A DNA stretch of 64,000 bases from Ignavibacteriales bacterium (GTDB lineage: Bacteria > Bacteroidota > Ignavibacteria > UBA10030 > UBA6906). The stretch lies in contig JBBIRR010000014.1 in assembly GCA_037441705.1 (NCBI GenBank), positions 1 through 64,000 of the forward strand, read 5' to 3'. Below the pieces are notes generated by a model. The model searched no databases, was not told the origin of the DNA, and saw nothing but the letters and a program-made list of their open reading frames with translations. Shown in pieces: positions 18,973-28,245 of the stretch (position 1 is its first letter; each line of letters begins with the position of its first letter). A program made the translations under genes and the position numbers.

Positions 18973-21171
18973 TTACTTGGTCGTCAGCTCGACGACGCCA
19001 TTCCATTCGGGTGGAGGAGGGGTGAGCTTGAATTGCTTCGATCGCTCCAGATGAAGTTGTGTTGGATAGTCGTGCGGGCGGAGCTGCAGTGCCTCGCTGA
19101 ATTTCGGAATCGCCTCATCCCACTGTCGGTTGCGATAGAAGCAAAGGCCTTCCGCGTAGAGCTGAAGGAACCGCTCGAGCGCGGGATCGGATGAACCGTC
19201 CCTGCGCTGCATCAGCTCGAACGTCCGCAGCGGTTCCGAGCGGCCCTTGACGGCAATCAAATCCAACTCTCTCCCCACAATCTGGTGTTTCACGCGATCA
19301 TACGTTGCCTCGCTCACCATGATGCCGGTGTGATACACCTTGTTGGCTCCTTCAAGCCGCGACGCGATGTTGACGCCGTCGCCGATGACTGTGTAGTCGA
19401 ACTTTCCGGTGCCTCCCATGTTTCCCACCACAACTTCACCGGTGTTGATGCCGATGCGCACATGCAGCATGGGTTTACCCTCCTCGCGCCACTGCTGCCT
19501 GATTGCTGCCAGTTTCTGCTGCATGTCCAGCGCAGTGCAGCAGGCCCGCAGTGCATGGTCCTCCTGCGGCAGCGGGGCATTCCAAAACGCCACGATGGCA
19601 TCGCCGAAAAACTTGTCCAGTGTGCCGTCATGCTCGAGAATGATCGCTGTCATCTCACTGAAGTATTGGTTCAGCAGGTTGACAAGGTCTTCGGACGGTA
19701 GTCGTTCAGAGATCGTTGTAAAGCCTTCGATGTCGGCAAACATGACGGTGAGTTCTTTTCGTTCGCCGCCGAGCTTGAGTTTCTCGGGGTGCTGAATCAA
19801 CTCCTCCACGACCGTCGGATTGACGTACGTGCTGAACATGGACTTGATCATCAGGCGCTGCTTGCGCTCGGTGACGTAATGGTAAGCCGTGCTTGCCACG
19901 TACGCGATCACGACTCCCACCATCGGTCCGACGGCCGCTATCACAATGTTGTATTTGGTAAAGAGAAACACCGCAAGGACACCAACAGCGATCACCTCCA
20001 CGGCAACGATCAGAAATCCCACCAGCTCCAGCACGAAATGCCGAAGTCCCCTGCTGCTTCGCAGGGCCGACGTCCCATAAAAGGTCAGGAAGGAAGAGAA
20101 AACAATCACGAGAAAGTCAACCGGTACGGGCAGCCGTCGGAGAAATTCGCCGCGGAGAACGCTCTCGATGACGTTGGCGTGAATCTCGACGCCGAACATG
20201 AGATTCTCGCTGTGCAGCGACGGCTGCGCGAGTGCAACCGGAAACAGGTCATGATCCTCAGGCATCGTGGAGCCGACCAGTACAATCTTGTCCTTGAATG
20301 TCCCGTCGTACTTGTAGCCGAAATCGGGATCGCTGAACGTGTTGATCTCGTGACCTGTAGCCGCCTCTTCCGTGGTCGTAACGGTTTCGTCGTCCAGCAC
20401 ATCCACAAACTCGATGCGACGGAATGTGCCGCTGGGGCCGTACAGGTTGATCAGAAACGAGGAAGGGTCATACTTCGGGATGCGCCGGCCGGCGAAGAGA
20501 AACGCATCGGCCTGATTCTCCGCGGTGGTCATAGGAGGAAGGCGGAGGAACTTGTTGAGCACGGCAAAGCTGAATGTTGGAACACGTGTCGTGTCTCGCG
20601 TACCATCAGCTGCGGCATAGCCCGTTTCGCCGTAGGGACTGTAACGCCTGTAGACGCCGTCGGCATCGTTGCGGATATTGACGAGCCCGAGCGCGCTGTC
20701 GATGTCGAAAAACCGGTTGCCGTAGGTTTCCTTTCCCCGCCTGATTTCGAACGCGTGTTGCTGCGTGTCCATCTTGCCCGCCAGTACAACAATGCCCGTC
20801 TCGCGAATAGCATCGCGGAGGGCATCATCGTTTGCCGCGTCATGAGCATCGGGGCCGGTGAGAATGATATCAATACCCACCGCTTTCGCACCCGCGGTCT
20901 TGAGATTGCGAACGAGATGGGCGTAGTACGAGCGGGGCCAGGGCCAGCGCGCGGAAAGAGACTTGAATGATTCGCCCGAGACTTCGACAATGACGACATG
21001 ACTCGAGTCGGGAATGGCGGGATGTTTGCCTCGCTCGCGAAAGCGGTAATCCAGCGAGGCAAGCTCCAGTCGCCCCACTATCCCCAGCTGCAGCACCTCT
21101 TCATGCGCCACCACAATCGTGACAAGAGCTGCCGCAAGGGCAACAAGGAATTTGCGCACGCGCGGATTCAT
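18973..21171 (-). CDS. CHASE2-domain class III adenylate cyclase with C-terminal TPR
   Basis: N-terminal TM; CHASE2 (LDYRF, WPWPRSYYA, KIVLVG, GVEIHAN); 3 TMs; FADIEGFT, LDKFFGDA, IGINTG, DYTVIGDGVNIASRLE; TPR-like tail ending PPPEWNGV. Confidence 0.92.
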   Translation of the reverse strand: MNPRVRKFLVALAAALVTIVVAHEEVLQLGIVGRLELASLDYRFRERGKHPAIPDSSHVVIVEVSGESFKSLSARWPWPRSYYAHLVRNLKTAGAKAVGIDIILTGPDAHDAANDDALRDAIRETGIVVLAGKMDTQQHAFEIRRGKETYGNRFFDIDSALGLVNIRNDADGVYRRYSPYGETGYAAADGTRDTTRVPTFSFAVLNKFLRLPPMTTAENQADAFLFAGRRIPKYDPSSFLINLYGPSGTFRRIEFVDVLDDETVTTTEEAATGHEINTFSDPDFGYKYDGTFKDKIVLVGSTMPEDHDLFPVALAQPSLHSENLMFGVEIHANVIESVLRGEFLRRLPVPVDFLVIVFSSFLTFYGTSALRSSRGLRHFVLELVGFLIVAVEVIAVGVLAVFLFTKYNIVIAAVGPMVGVVIAYVASTAYHYVTERKQRLMIKSMFSTYVNPTVVEELIQHPEKLKLGGERKELTVMFADIEGFTTISERLPSEDLVNLLNQYFSEMTAIILEHDGTLDKFFGDAIVAFWNAPLPQEDHALRACCTALDMQQKLAAIRQQWREEGKPMLHVRIGINTGEVVVGNMGGTGKFDYTVIGDGVNIASRLEGANKVYHTGIMVSEATYDRVKHQIVGRELDLIAVKGRSEPLRTFELMQRRDGSSDPALERFLQLYAEGLCFYRNRQWDEAIPKFSEALQLRPHDYPTQLHLERSKQFKLTPPPPEWNGVVELTTK

Positions 21172-23612
21172 CAGTACTCAAGTCGGTACTTCAAACTCCA
21201 GAAATCGTCGTTGGGCGTTCCTTTATTGTGGAAATAGCTGTACTGAAGCAGAAGGTACATGTTCGGCCGCACGTTCCATTGCGCCGCGTAGTCGAACGTG
21301 AACCGGGAAAAATCCCCGAAGGTGGGACTGAAGGAAACCGACAGCGCGGCGATATCCTGCGCAAAACTGTATCTGCCGTACGCAAGTACGGTGGAGTAGT
21401 TCAGCCGTGTTCGCGGCGAACCTCCGGGCGAAGGGAATTCATTCACGTTCAATGTATAGCCCAGCGTCGTTTGGAGCGGAACAGCATAACGCGTATTGAG
21501 CGTGGCCGAGATGGCGATGTTCTTGACGTCAAGGTTGCGCCGGGTGAAGTCGTTACGGAACGACGTCGCCATCGTCACAGACGCGACATGGTGCGCGCCA
21601 TAGGTAAAACGCTGCATCGCATGGAGATAGTAGCGATTGGTCTTATCGTTCACCGCGCTGATGGAGTCGGGGCCTGTGATGGTCATGTTGTTGACATTGG
21701 CGAAATGCGCGTAGCCGACACTGATGCTGGGCAGTTCGGGCGGAGGATCGTAGGTGAGGGCAACATTGACCGTGGTGAATCGGGTCGTCGCCGCTTTGGC
21801 TTTGCTCGTGTTGTCGTGCAGCCGCTCGTAGCTGAGCGTGACGAACATGTTCTGTTCCGGCAATCGGAGGCGATCCATCAAGTTGAAGCCGGCCACATCG
21901 GTGCGCAGAAAGGTTTGTCCAAAGGACATATAATCGCTGCCGCGATGAATGTAGCTTATCTTGAACGCATTATCGAAGTAGTTCAGCGCAAGCCCCACGT
22001 CGTACGCAAACGTCGAAAGCTTCTTGAACGAAAGAGGCCGAAGATTGTCGTTGACCGTGATGAAGTTCTTGAGCAGGTCTCGCGCGTCTTTGATAGCAGC
22101 AGCATCTTTCTTGTACACGCTGTCGATGTACGCGTCGGTGAAGTTCCCGCTGGAGATATCGCTGTTGTACGCGCTGAACGCCGCCTGCGCGGACAGCTCG
22201 ATGCGGTTCATGTCAAACTTCGAAACAAGATCCGTCCCCACCACGAGGTTCTCCTGCGGCCGCGTGCCGAACGTAATAGACCGGACATCATCCTTTGCCT
22301 TCAGCCAGGTGAAACCGATCTGATACTTCTCGCCTGAACCAAAGCTCGGTCGCACGATGAAGATGTCCCGTGCGTACGTGCCGTACGTGTATTTCCCCCA
22401 CGTGACGGAATCAATGCGGGCGTAAGCCGCAAAAGGGTCCGCCTGCTGTTCGATACCAAGTTGGTCAACGGGAATGGTTTTCACCAGCGCTCCCTCCACC
22501 GCTCGCGTCGTCTGGCCCAGCGTAAGGTCCACGTTGAACTTACCCAACCGTACGGACGTGTTCAAGCCTCGCACCCGCTTGCCGCTGAGAATCAGATTCG
22601 GATAACCCGGATAGCTATCCCCGTACCCGATGAGCAGCCATTGTGATTCGAGCGACGCGTAATAGCGGTTCTGCGGTTGACGCGAGGGCAGCTCATCGGA
22701 GGTGACGAAGACGTTCGCATTGAAGCGCCAATCGCCCTGGCTGCCGCTGAACCGCGCGCTGCCGCGATTGTACCATGTTCGGATGTTGCTCACCTTCTCG
22801 TTACGCGATTCGAGATCGACGCTACCGGTGTAGACGAACGGCTGAAAGGGCAGGGCAAGCGGCTCGGGTTCGCCGGCGACATAGAACTGCATGCTCGCCT
22901 GGCGGTGGAGATTTCCCTGCCGGTTATACAGCAGCACCGTCACGCGGTGCCTCCCGGGCTTCAAGGAAAGACCATGATTGCTCGGCACATAAACCAACAG
23001 GTCGCCGGTCAGGACGGCGTCGCGCGACACATCCCTGCCGTCAAGAATGATTTGCGTTGCCCGACGTACGACCATCGTGTCTGCACGCAGAAGCGAGACA
23101 GAAACAACAACATCGGCCGGGTCGTATGTCGCGTTCGCCTCCGGACTTAAGAACACAAGCTGCAGATCGTCCTCTCGTTTGATGACAGGGATCTGCAAGG
23201 TGCGCGTCGGCGGGCGTTCAAGGGGATCGGTGCTTTCGCTCAACGGATGCGACTCCAACCCACCCGATCGTTTAGCCAAGACCAAGTAGTATTCCAGATA
23301 CGGCGGCTGGACAACACCAGGCGGCACGACAATGAACGCTGTGTTGCCGCGCAGATCCATCTCCCGCCGGTTCCAGGTCCCTTCGCCAAAGCGGCGATAC
23401 AGAAAGTACACACGCTCGACGGTTTCACCGCGATACAAATCGACGCTGATCGTGAGCGGTGTTTCGCTGACAGCTTCGGTGGGGCTGATCGAAGCGACGA
23501 GGGATGAAAGCTGTGCAAGCGTTGGGAACGGGAGTGCGAAGCAACATGCAAGAAGGAGGGCGCGGATGCCGGTCGAGACCCTGCCTCCGCGCTCGCAGAC
23601 GGCAATACTCAT
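21171..23612 (-). CDS. Large outer-membrane protein: two Ig-like domains plus beta-barrel
   Basis: Signal peptide; YFLYRRFGE...LEYYL and LDGRDVS...LKPGRHRVTV Ig-like segments; alternating beta-strands; C-terminal aromatic (LKYRLEY). Confidence 0.7.
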   Translation of the reverse strand: MSIAVCERGGRVSTGIRALLLACCFALPFPTLAQLSSLVASISPTEAVSETPLTISVDLYRGETVERVYFLYRRFGEGTWNRREMDLRGNTAFIVVPPGVVQPPYLEYYLVLAKRSGGLESHPLSESTDPLERPPTRTLQIPVIKREDDLQLVFLSPEANATYDPADVVVSVSLLRADTMVVRRATQIILDGRDVSRDAVLTGDLLVYVPSNHGLSLKPGRHRVTVLLYNRQGNLHRQASMQFYVAGEPEPLALPFQPFVYTGSVDLESRNEKVSNIRTWYNRGSARFSGSQGDWRFNANVFVTSDELPSRQPQNRYYASLESQWLLIGYGDSYPGYPNLILSGKRVRGLNTSVRLGKFNVDLTLGQTTRAVEGALVKTIPVDQLGIEQQADPFAAYARIDSVTWGKYTYGTYARDIFIVRPSFGSGEKYQIGFTWLKAKDDVRSITFGTRPQENLVVGTDLVSKFDMNRIELSAQAAFSAYNSDISSGNFTDAYIDSVYKKDAAAIKDARDLLKNFITVNDNLRPLSFKKLSTFAYDVGLALNYFDNAFKISYIHRGSDYMSFGQTFLRTDVAGFNLMDRLRLPEQNMFVTLSYERLHDNTSKAKAATTRFTTVNVALTYDPPPELPSISVGYAHFANVNNMTITGPDSISAVNDKTNRYYLHAMQRFTYGAHHVASVTMATSFRNDFTRRNLDVKNIAISATLNTRYAVPLQTTLGYTLNVNEFPSPGGSPRTRLNYSTVLAYGRYSFAQDIAALSVSFSPTFGDFSRFTFDYAAQWNVRPNMYLLLQYSYFHNKGTPNDDFWSLKYRLEY

Positions 23613-24307
23613 TGTTGCTTGTATTTGATCTCGATCCGTTTCTTGTTCCCCTTCCCATCGTCCAGTTCAATGTCGAGGCGGTTCTCCTGCTCGGCAATTT
23701 GGGCCGACGCCTCAGCCGCTTGTTTCTCTTCCGGCGTCGAGGGACGCATCTGCACGTTCCCATCGCGCGTCGAAAGTCCGGTATAGCCCGCGCCGACATC
23801 AACCGACTGGGTTGACACCTTGTTCGTCAGACGAACAAGCCCCTCAAGCACAATGAGCTTGTCCGTCGAATCGGTTGCTGTGAACTGGCCGCTGGTGCCG
23901 CGAATCGAAGCCACCGATGTGGGCGACGTGAAACGGAATTCTTCTCCCGGTTGCTGCTTCTTAATGTGGAACCCGATGACACCGCGTTGCACCTCCGCCG
24001 ATTTCGAAAAGGCATTGCCTTCCTGCACTCCCGCGATCATCACTTCGGACTTTTCCCGCACGCGCAGCATGCTGTTGTCTTTGAATTTGATAACTGCAAC
24101 GGATTTCTCGCCTGTTCGGACGCGTTCGCCCGAAGCAAGCACTTCGCCGCGCTGCGCCGGCTGCCAGTCTTTCCCGACCTGCATCCGCATCACATCAAGA
24201 ATCACTTTACTGATCAGCGCGATAGCCGTATCGCCCGCGGGCGGCGCTGCGCCCAGAGCAAGCATGCCGCTCATCAACAGAAGTATCGAAACACGTGTGG
24301 GTTTCAT
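23609..24307 (-). CDS. Secreted FecR-domain protein
   Basis: Signal peptide; GERVRTGEKSVAVIKFKDNS, FRFTSPTSVASIRGT, VLEGLV. Confidence 0.85.
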   Translation of the reverse strand: MKPTRVSILLLMSGMLALGAAPPAGDTAIALISKVILDVMRMQVGKDWQPAQRGEVLASGERVRTGEKSVAVIKFKDNSMLRVREKSEVMIAGVQEGNAFSKSAEVQRGVIGFHIKKQQPGEEFRFTSPTSVASIRGTSGQFTATDSTDKLIVLEGLVRLTNKVSTQSVDVGAGYTGLSTRDGNVQMRPSTPEEKQAAEASAQIAEQENRLDIELDDGKGNKKRIEIKYKQQ

Positions 24308-24327
24308 CGCAACTCCCCTTTCTGAGA

Positions 24328-25389
24328 CTATTCCAGATTCACTGCGCCGACCGCCTCCGGATTCGATCGGATGTCATTCAGCACCCGCAGCAATTCCGTC
24401 AACGAGATCGGCGATCCGTTCAAGCGATACGTACCGGTGGGGGAGAGATTTTGCGCACGAATTTGATCGAAGATGGGCCTGTACACCGGCGGAAGAGAGC
24501 GCTCAAGGTCTTGCAGCAACCAGGCCAACGATGTCGAACGCGTCGTGGAGATGGTGAACGAACGGAGAGCGCTGCGCTGCTCGAGGTTTGTGCCCCCGGC
24601 CGCACCGACAAGGCCGGTTACGTACCACACGTAGGTCTTGCCCGGCTGCAAGACGCGTGCGTTGGTCGGATAACGCAGCGATCGTGTTTCGACGGTTGCC
24701 GTGTGATGCGGCGTGCCGGTTGCCGTTTCTTCGAGGCTCCGTTGTCCGGGAAGTTTTTCGAAGATGGCGATCGTTGCCCGCGGTCCATCGTACTGCCACT
24801 CGAACAGCGGGAATTCTTCCGTCAGCACCTCGCCATCCTGCGGCGCGAGCAGAACAGGTGTGGAAGGGTTCGTCAGGACAAACGTGAATTGCTTCGTGTC
24901 GGTGTCGGGGCCGTTGACTTCACGGACATTCACGGTAAAGATGTAGCTGCCGGCCGGCATCGAACCGCTCGGCAAAGCGATCTCCAAGAACTTTGCTTTT
25001 GCATCGTTGTTGAAGATGTAAGTCTCTTGCGCTATCCCACGCCCTCGGCCTAACTCCAGGTTGGTCACCGTGCGTGTGCGCTCGATGGTGAACGGAACGG
25101 AAATGAAACGAGCCGCGTTCTCATAGCGCTCGCCATTGGCTAACAGAACATCGAGGTTGATCGTCATAACCGCCTGCACGGTTCGTGGAGCGGTCATCGT
25201 AATCGTGAACAGCCACTTCGGTGTGGTGGAGTTCAGATAGTCCAGGTCGTTGATCGTCAGGGAATTGACCGGAGCTGTAACCGTGGTGACCGTGATTTGC
25301 GCCTGGGTGGCTACCGGAAGGCAGATGAGCGGAACACTAAGCAGCAGGTATCGCCCCCCATTGCATACGCCTCGAAGGAATCGCTTCAT
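24328..25389 (-). CDS. Secreted beta-rich (Ig/Fn3-like) hypothetical protein
   Basis: ATG 25389 after AGGAAGGGG; signal peptide ending ATQA-Q; MPAGSYIFTV; PVLLAPQDG...PLFEW...LQPGKTYVWYV. Confidence 0.7.
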   Translation of the reverse strand: MKRFLRGVCNGGRYLLLSVPLICLPVATQAQITVTTVTAPVNSLTINDLDYLNSTTPKWLFTITMTAPRTVQAVMTINLDVLLANGERYENAARFISVPFTIERTRTVTNLELGRGRGIAQETYIFNNDAKAKFLEIALPSGSMPAGSYIFTVNVREVNGPDTDTKQFTFVLTNPSTPVLLAPQDGEVLTEEFPLFEWQYDGPRATIAIFEKLPGQRSLEETATGTPHHTATVETRSLRYPTNARVLQPGKTYVWYVTGLVGAAGGTNLEQRSALRSFTISTTRSTSLAWLLQDLERSLPPVYRPIFDQIRAQNLSPTGTYRLNGSPISLTELLRVLNDIRSNPEAVGAVNLE

Positions 25390-25441
25390 GAGTTTCCCCT
25401 TCCTGACTTGTGTATGTACAGACAACATTCCCCTGCGGGAA

Positions 25442-25470
25442 ATGATAACAAAAACTGCGATTGATAGCAA
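25442..25470 (-). promoter_or_regulatory. sigma70-type promoter for the four-gene cyclase cassette
   Basis: Minus strand TTGCTA-17 bp-TATCAT. Confidence 0.55.
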
Positions 25471-25526
25471 CAAGAACTATCCCGTTCCGGTGGAACAGCG
25501 AAGGCAGCACCCCCGCGAAGGCTCAA

Positions 25527-26831
25527 TCAAAAGTTCCGTATGTCGTTGTACACGGCAAACGCCATGAAGACCAACAGCAGCACGAACCCTGTGCGCTGGA
25601 TCGCCAGTTTGAGCTTTGTCGGAAGCTCGCGTCCGATGATACCTTCGACGATCAGGAAGATCAGATGCCCGCCATCGAGGGCGGGGATGGGAAGGATATT
25701 GAGAATCGCGAGGCTGACGCTCAGCAAGCCCATGAACTGAAGATACACTTCGATGCCGACGTCGAACGATTCTTTCGCAAACTTGCCGATGCGGATAGGC
25801 CCGGCGAGCGATTCGGAGAAGGATACCTTACCGCGTATCAGACTGATGACACCCGAGATGGTGCCGGTGACAACCTGCTGAACCTCTCGGGCTCCCTGGC
25901 CGATGGCCTCAAACACGGAGTATTCGGTCTTCTTCACCGGTCCGGCATAGCCCGCCGAGAATTCTATTCCGATCAATCCCTTTTCTGTGGGGGTGATGGT
26001 TCCGGAAAGCACGCTGTCGCCGCGCTTCCATTCGATGACCAGCGGCTTGCCTGCGTTGCTCTTGATCGTCTCGACGATCCGAATGGCCTGCACGGGGCGG
26101 CCGGCAATCGTCAGAATGCTGTCGAGCGGTCGGATGCCGAGCTGCTCGGCCGGCATCCCCGCTGTGACTTTCTTGACAACGACGACGAAGTGCGCAGGAA
26201 GGAGGCCAAAGTCGGACTCCGCCTTCGCGTCCATCGGCGCGCCGTGGGAATGCACCTGCACCGTGCGCCCGTTTCGTTCGACGAGAAAGCGGAGGTCGCT
26301 GCCAATGTTCTCCAGATAAATTGCGCGACGCAGCGCGTCCCAGTCGGCAACGGGTTTGTCGTTGACGCTCAACACCCTGTCTCCCTTCTTGAACCCCGCC
26401 GAGTCGGCAACGCTGCCCTCGAAGACAAACCCGACCTCCGTCGTGTCGTACACGGTGCGGCCGTGAGCATAGGCCAGCGCGCTGTAGATGCCCAACGCTA
26501 ACAGGACGTTCATGATCACTCCGGCAGAAATCACGATGATGCGCTGCCAGATGGGTTTGGATCGGAATTCCCACGGCTGCGGCGGCCGGTTGATGAAGTC
26601 CGTATCGAAGCTTTCGTCAATCATCCCCGCGATCTTCACATATCCGCCGAAGGGAATCCAGGAGATGCAGTAATCCGTGTCGCCGATCTTCTTGCCGAAC
26701 GCACGCGGCGGAAAGCCGATGGAGAACACATCCACACGCATGCCGAAGAGTTTTGCAGCGATGAAGTGGCCGAACTCGTGCACAAACACCAACACGCTGA
26801 GGATCACGATCGTGGAGATCAAATAGTCCAT
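25527..26831 (-). CDS. rseP: RIP metalloprotease RseP with two PDZ domains
   Basis: HEFGHF, FSIGF, PFGGYVKI, NILPIPALDGGH; directly downstream of dxr. Confidence 0.93.
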   Translation of the reverse strand: MDYLISTIVILSVLVFVHEFGHFIAAKLFGMRVDVFSIGFPPRAFGKKIGDTDYCISWIPFGGYVKIAGMIDESFDTDFINRPPQPWEFRSKPIWQRIIVISAGVIMNVLLALGIYSALAYAHGRTVYDTTEVGFVFEGSVADSAGFKKGDRVLSVNDKPVADWDALRRAIYLENIGSDLRFLVERNGRTVQVHSHGAPMDAKAESDFGLLPAHFVVVVKKVTAGMPAEQLGIRPLDSILTIAGRPVQAIRIVETIKSNAGKPLVIEWKRGDSVLSGTITPTEKGLIGIEFSAGYAGPVKKTEYSVFEAIGQGAREVQQVVTGTISGVISLIRGKVSFSESLAGPIRIGKFAKESFDVGIEVYLQFMGLLSVSLAILNILPIPALDGGHLIFLIVEGIIGRELPTKLKLAIQRTGFVLLLVFMAFAVYNDIRNF

Positions 26832-26848
26832 GGTCTTCCTTTCCCTCC

Positions 26849-28012
26849 CTAATGAACTGTAGCTGCAACCTGCTGCACAAACCCGCGGGTCTCGCGGTCA
26901 ATGCGGACGATGTCCTCAAACGTGGCGTTGTGCATCGGCGTGTGGCTCTGCAAGGCATCCTCGATCAACAGCGGAATTGCAGAGAAGGGGATTTCCCCGT
27001 TCAGAAACTTTTGCACGGCAACCTCGTTGGCGGCGTTCAGCACGGCGGTCGCGCTTCCGCCCATCTCCAACGCTTGGAATGCAAGAGCGAGGCAGCGGAA
27101 CTTCTCAACATCAGGCGCGTCGAACGTCATCTCCTGCAGCCGGGAAAAATCCAGCCGCCGATACGGCGCTGCAGGACGATCCGGATACATCAGGGCGTAC
27201 TGAATCGGAATCTTCATGTCGGGAATGCCGAGCTGGGCCTTCGTCGAGCCGTCCTTGAACTCCACCATCGAATGAATGATGGATTGAGGATGAATGACGA
27301 CCTGAATTTTCTCGGGCGGAAAACCGAACAGCCAATGGGCTTCAATCACCTCAAGCCCTTTGTTCATCAGCGTTGCCGAATCGATCGTAATCTTGTTTCC
27401 CATCCTCCACGTTGGATGATTGAGCGCGTCGCGGACGCTGATCGAGTGGAACGCCTCCTTCGGCAGCAAGCGAAACGGCCCGCCGGAAGCAGTCAGAATG
27501 AGGCGCTCGACGGAATCGGGATTCTCTCCGCGCAGGCACTGCAGGATCGCGCTGTGCTCGCTGTCCACCGGCAGCAAGCGGACGCCATGCGCGCGAACAG
27601 CATTCATCATGATCTCGCCCGCAACCACCAGCGTTTCCTTGTTCGCAAGCGCGATGTCCTTGCCGGCTTCGATGGCACGCAACGTAGGCTTCAGGCCCGC
27701 GAACCCCACAAGTGCACTGACGACGATATCAACGTCCTCGCGCGTGACAATCTCACACAGACCTTCCTCACCTGCGAGCACCTCCGTGGCCCCGTTGAGG
27801 ACTTTCCCCAACATCGAGGCGTTGCATTCTTCCAACACCACAACTCCGCGGGGCTTGAATTGCTGCACCTGCTGCTGCAGCAACTCAATGTTGCGATGCG
27901 CCGTCAGGTAACTGACGCGGAAGCGCTCGGGAAAGTGCGAGATCACTTCGAGCGTACTTCGCCCGATCGAACCCGTCGAGCCAAGAATTGCTATGTTCTT
28001 TCTTTTCGTCAC
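26849..28012 (-). CDS. dxr: 1-deoxy-D-xylulose-5-phosphate reductoisomerase (GTG start inferred)
   Basis: LGSTGSIG, LANKETLV, PVDSEHSA, HPTWRMGNKITIDSATLMNKGLEVIEA. Confidence 0.97.
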   Translation of the reverse strand: MTKRKNIAILGSTGSIGRSTLEVISHFPERFRVSYLTAHRNIELLQQQVQQFKPRGVVVLEECNASMLGKVLNGATEVLAGEEGLCEIVTREDVDIVVSALVGFAGLKPTLRAIEAGKDIALANKETLVVAGEIMMNAVRAHGVRLLPVDSEHSAILQCLRGENPDSVERLILTASGGPFRLLPKEAFHSISVRDALNHPTWRMGNKITIDSATLMNKGLEVIEAHWLFGFPPEKIQVVIHPQSIIHSMVEFKDGSTKAQLGIPDMKIPIQYALMYPDRPAAPYRRLDFSRLQEMTFDAPDVEKFRCLALAFQALEMGGSATAVLNAANEVAVQKFLNGEIPFSAIPLLIEDALQSHTPMHNATFEDIVRIDRETRGFVQQVAATVH

Positions 28013-28048
28013 GTTATCAAGGAAAATTGCTGCTGCGCCTCCCCGAAT

Positions 28049-28098
28049 CAAGAAACAAAATCACCAAGTGAGGCGTTGTGATGAGTACACTTGGTGAT
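28049..28098 (-). terminator. Intrinsic-terminator-like hairpin in the dxr 5' leader
   Basis: Perfect 11-bp inverted repeat ATCACCAAGTG (28060-28070) / CACTTGGTGAT (28088-28098), followed on the minus strand by TTTGTTTCTT. Confidence 0.55.
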
Positions 28099-28126
28099 GG
28101 CTGTTCTATGTGCGTATTCCGAAAGC

Positions 28127-28182
28127 AAGGTACGTAAATCGCCTCTGCTTCGCAAGGTACGGTCGGTTGTTTCCTCATGCAA
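28127..28182 (-). promoter_or_regulatory. Two tandem sigma70-type promoters facing dxr
   Basis: Minus strand TTGCAT-17-TACCTT (28182-28154) and TTGCGA-17-TACCTT (28155-28127). Confidence 0.5.
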
Positions 28183-28245
28183 TTTTGATATATTGAGTTC
28201 AACAATCAGCGGCGTTCGTGCGATTGGGAATTGGTAGGATGAACG

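Noticed and set aside
26852-28081. 409-aa plus-strand ORF, and similar ones opposite the cyclase, OMP and rseP genes
   Set aside because: Antisense shadows of well-supported genes.
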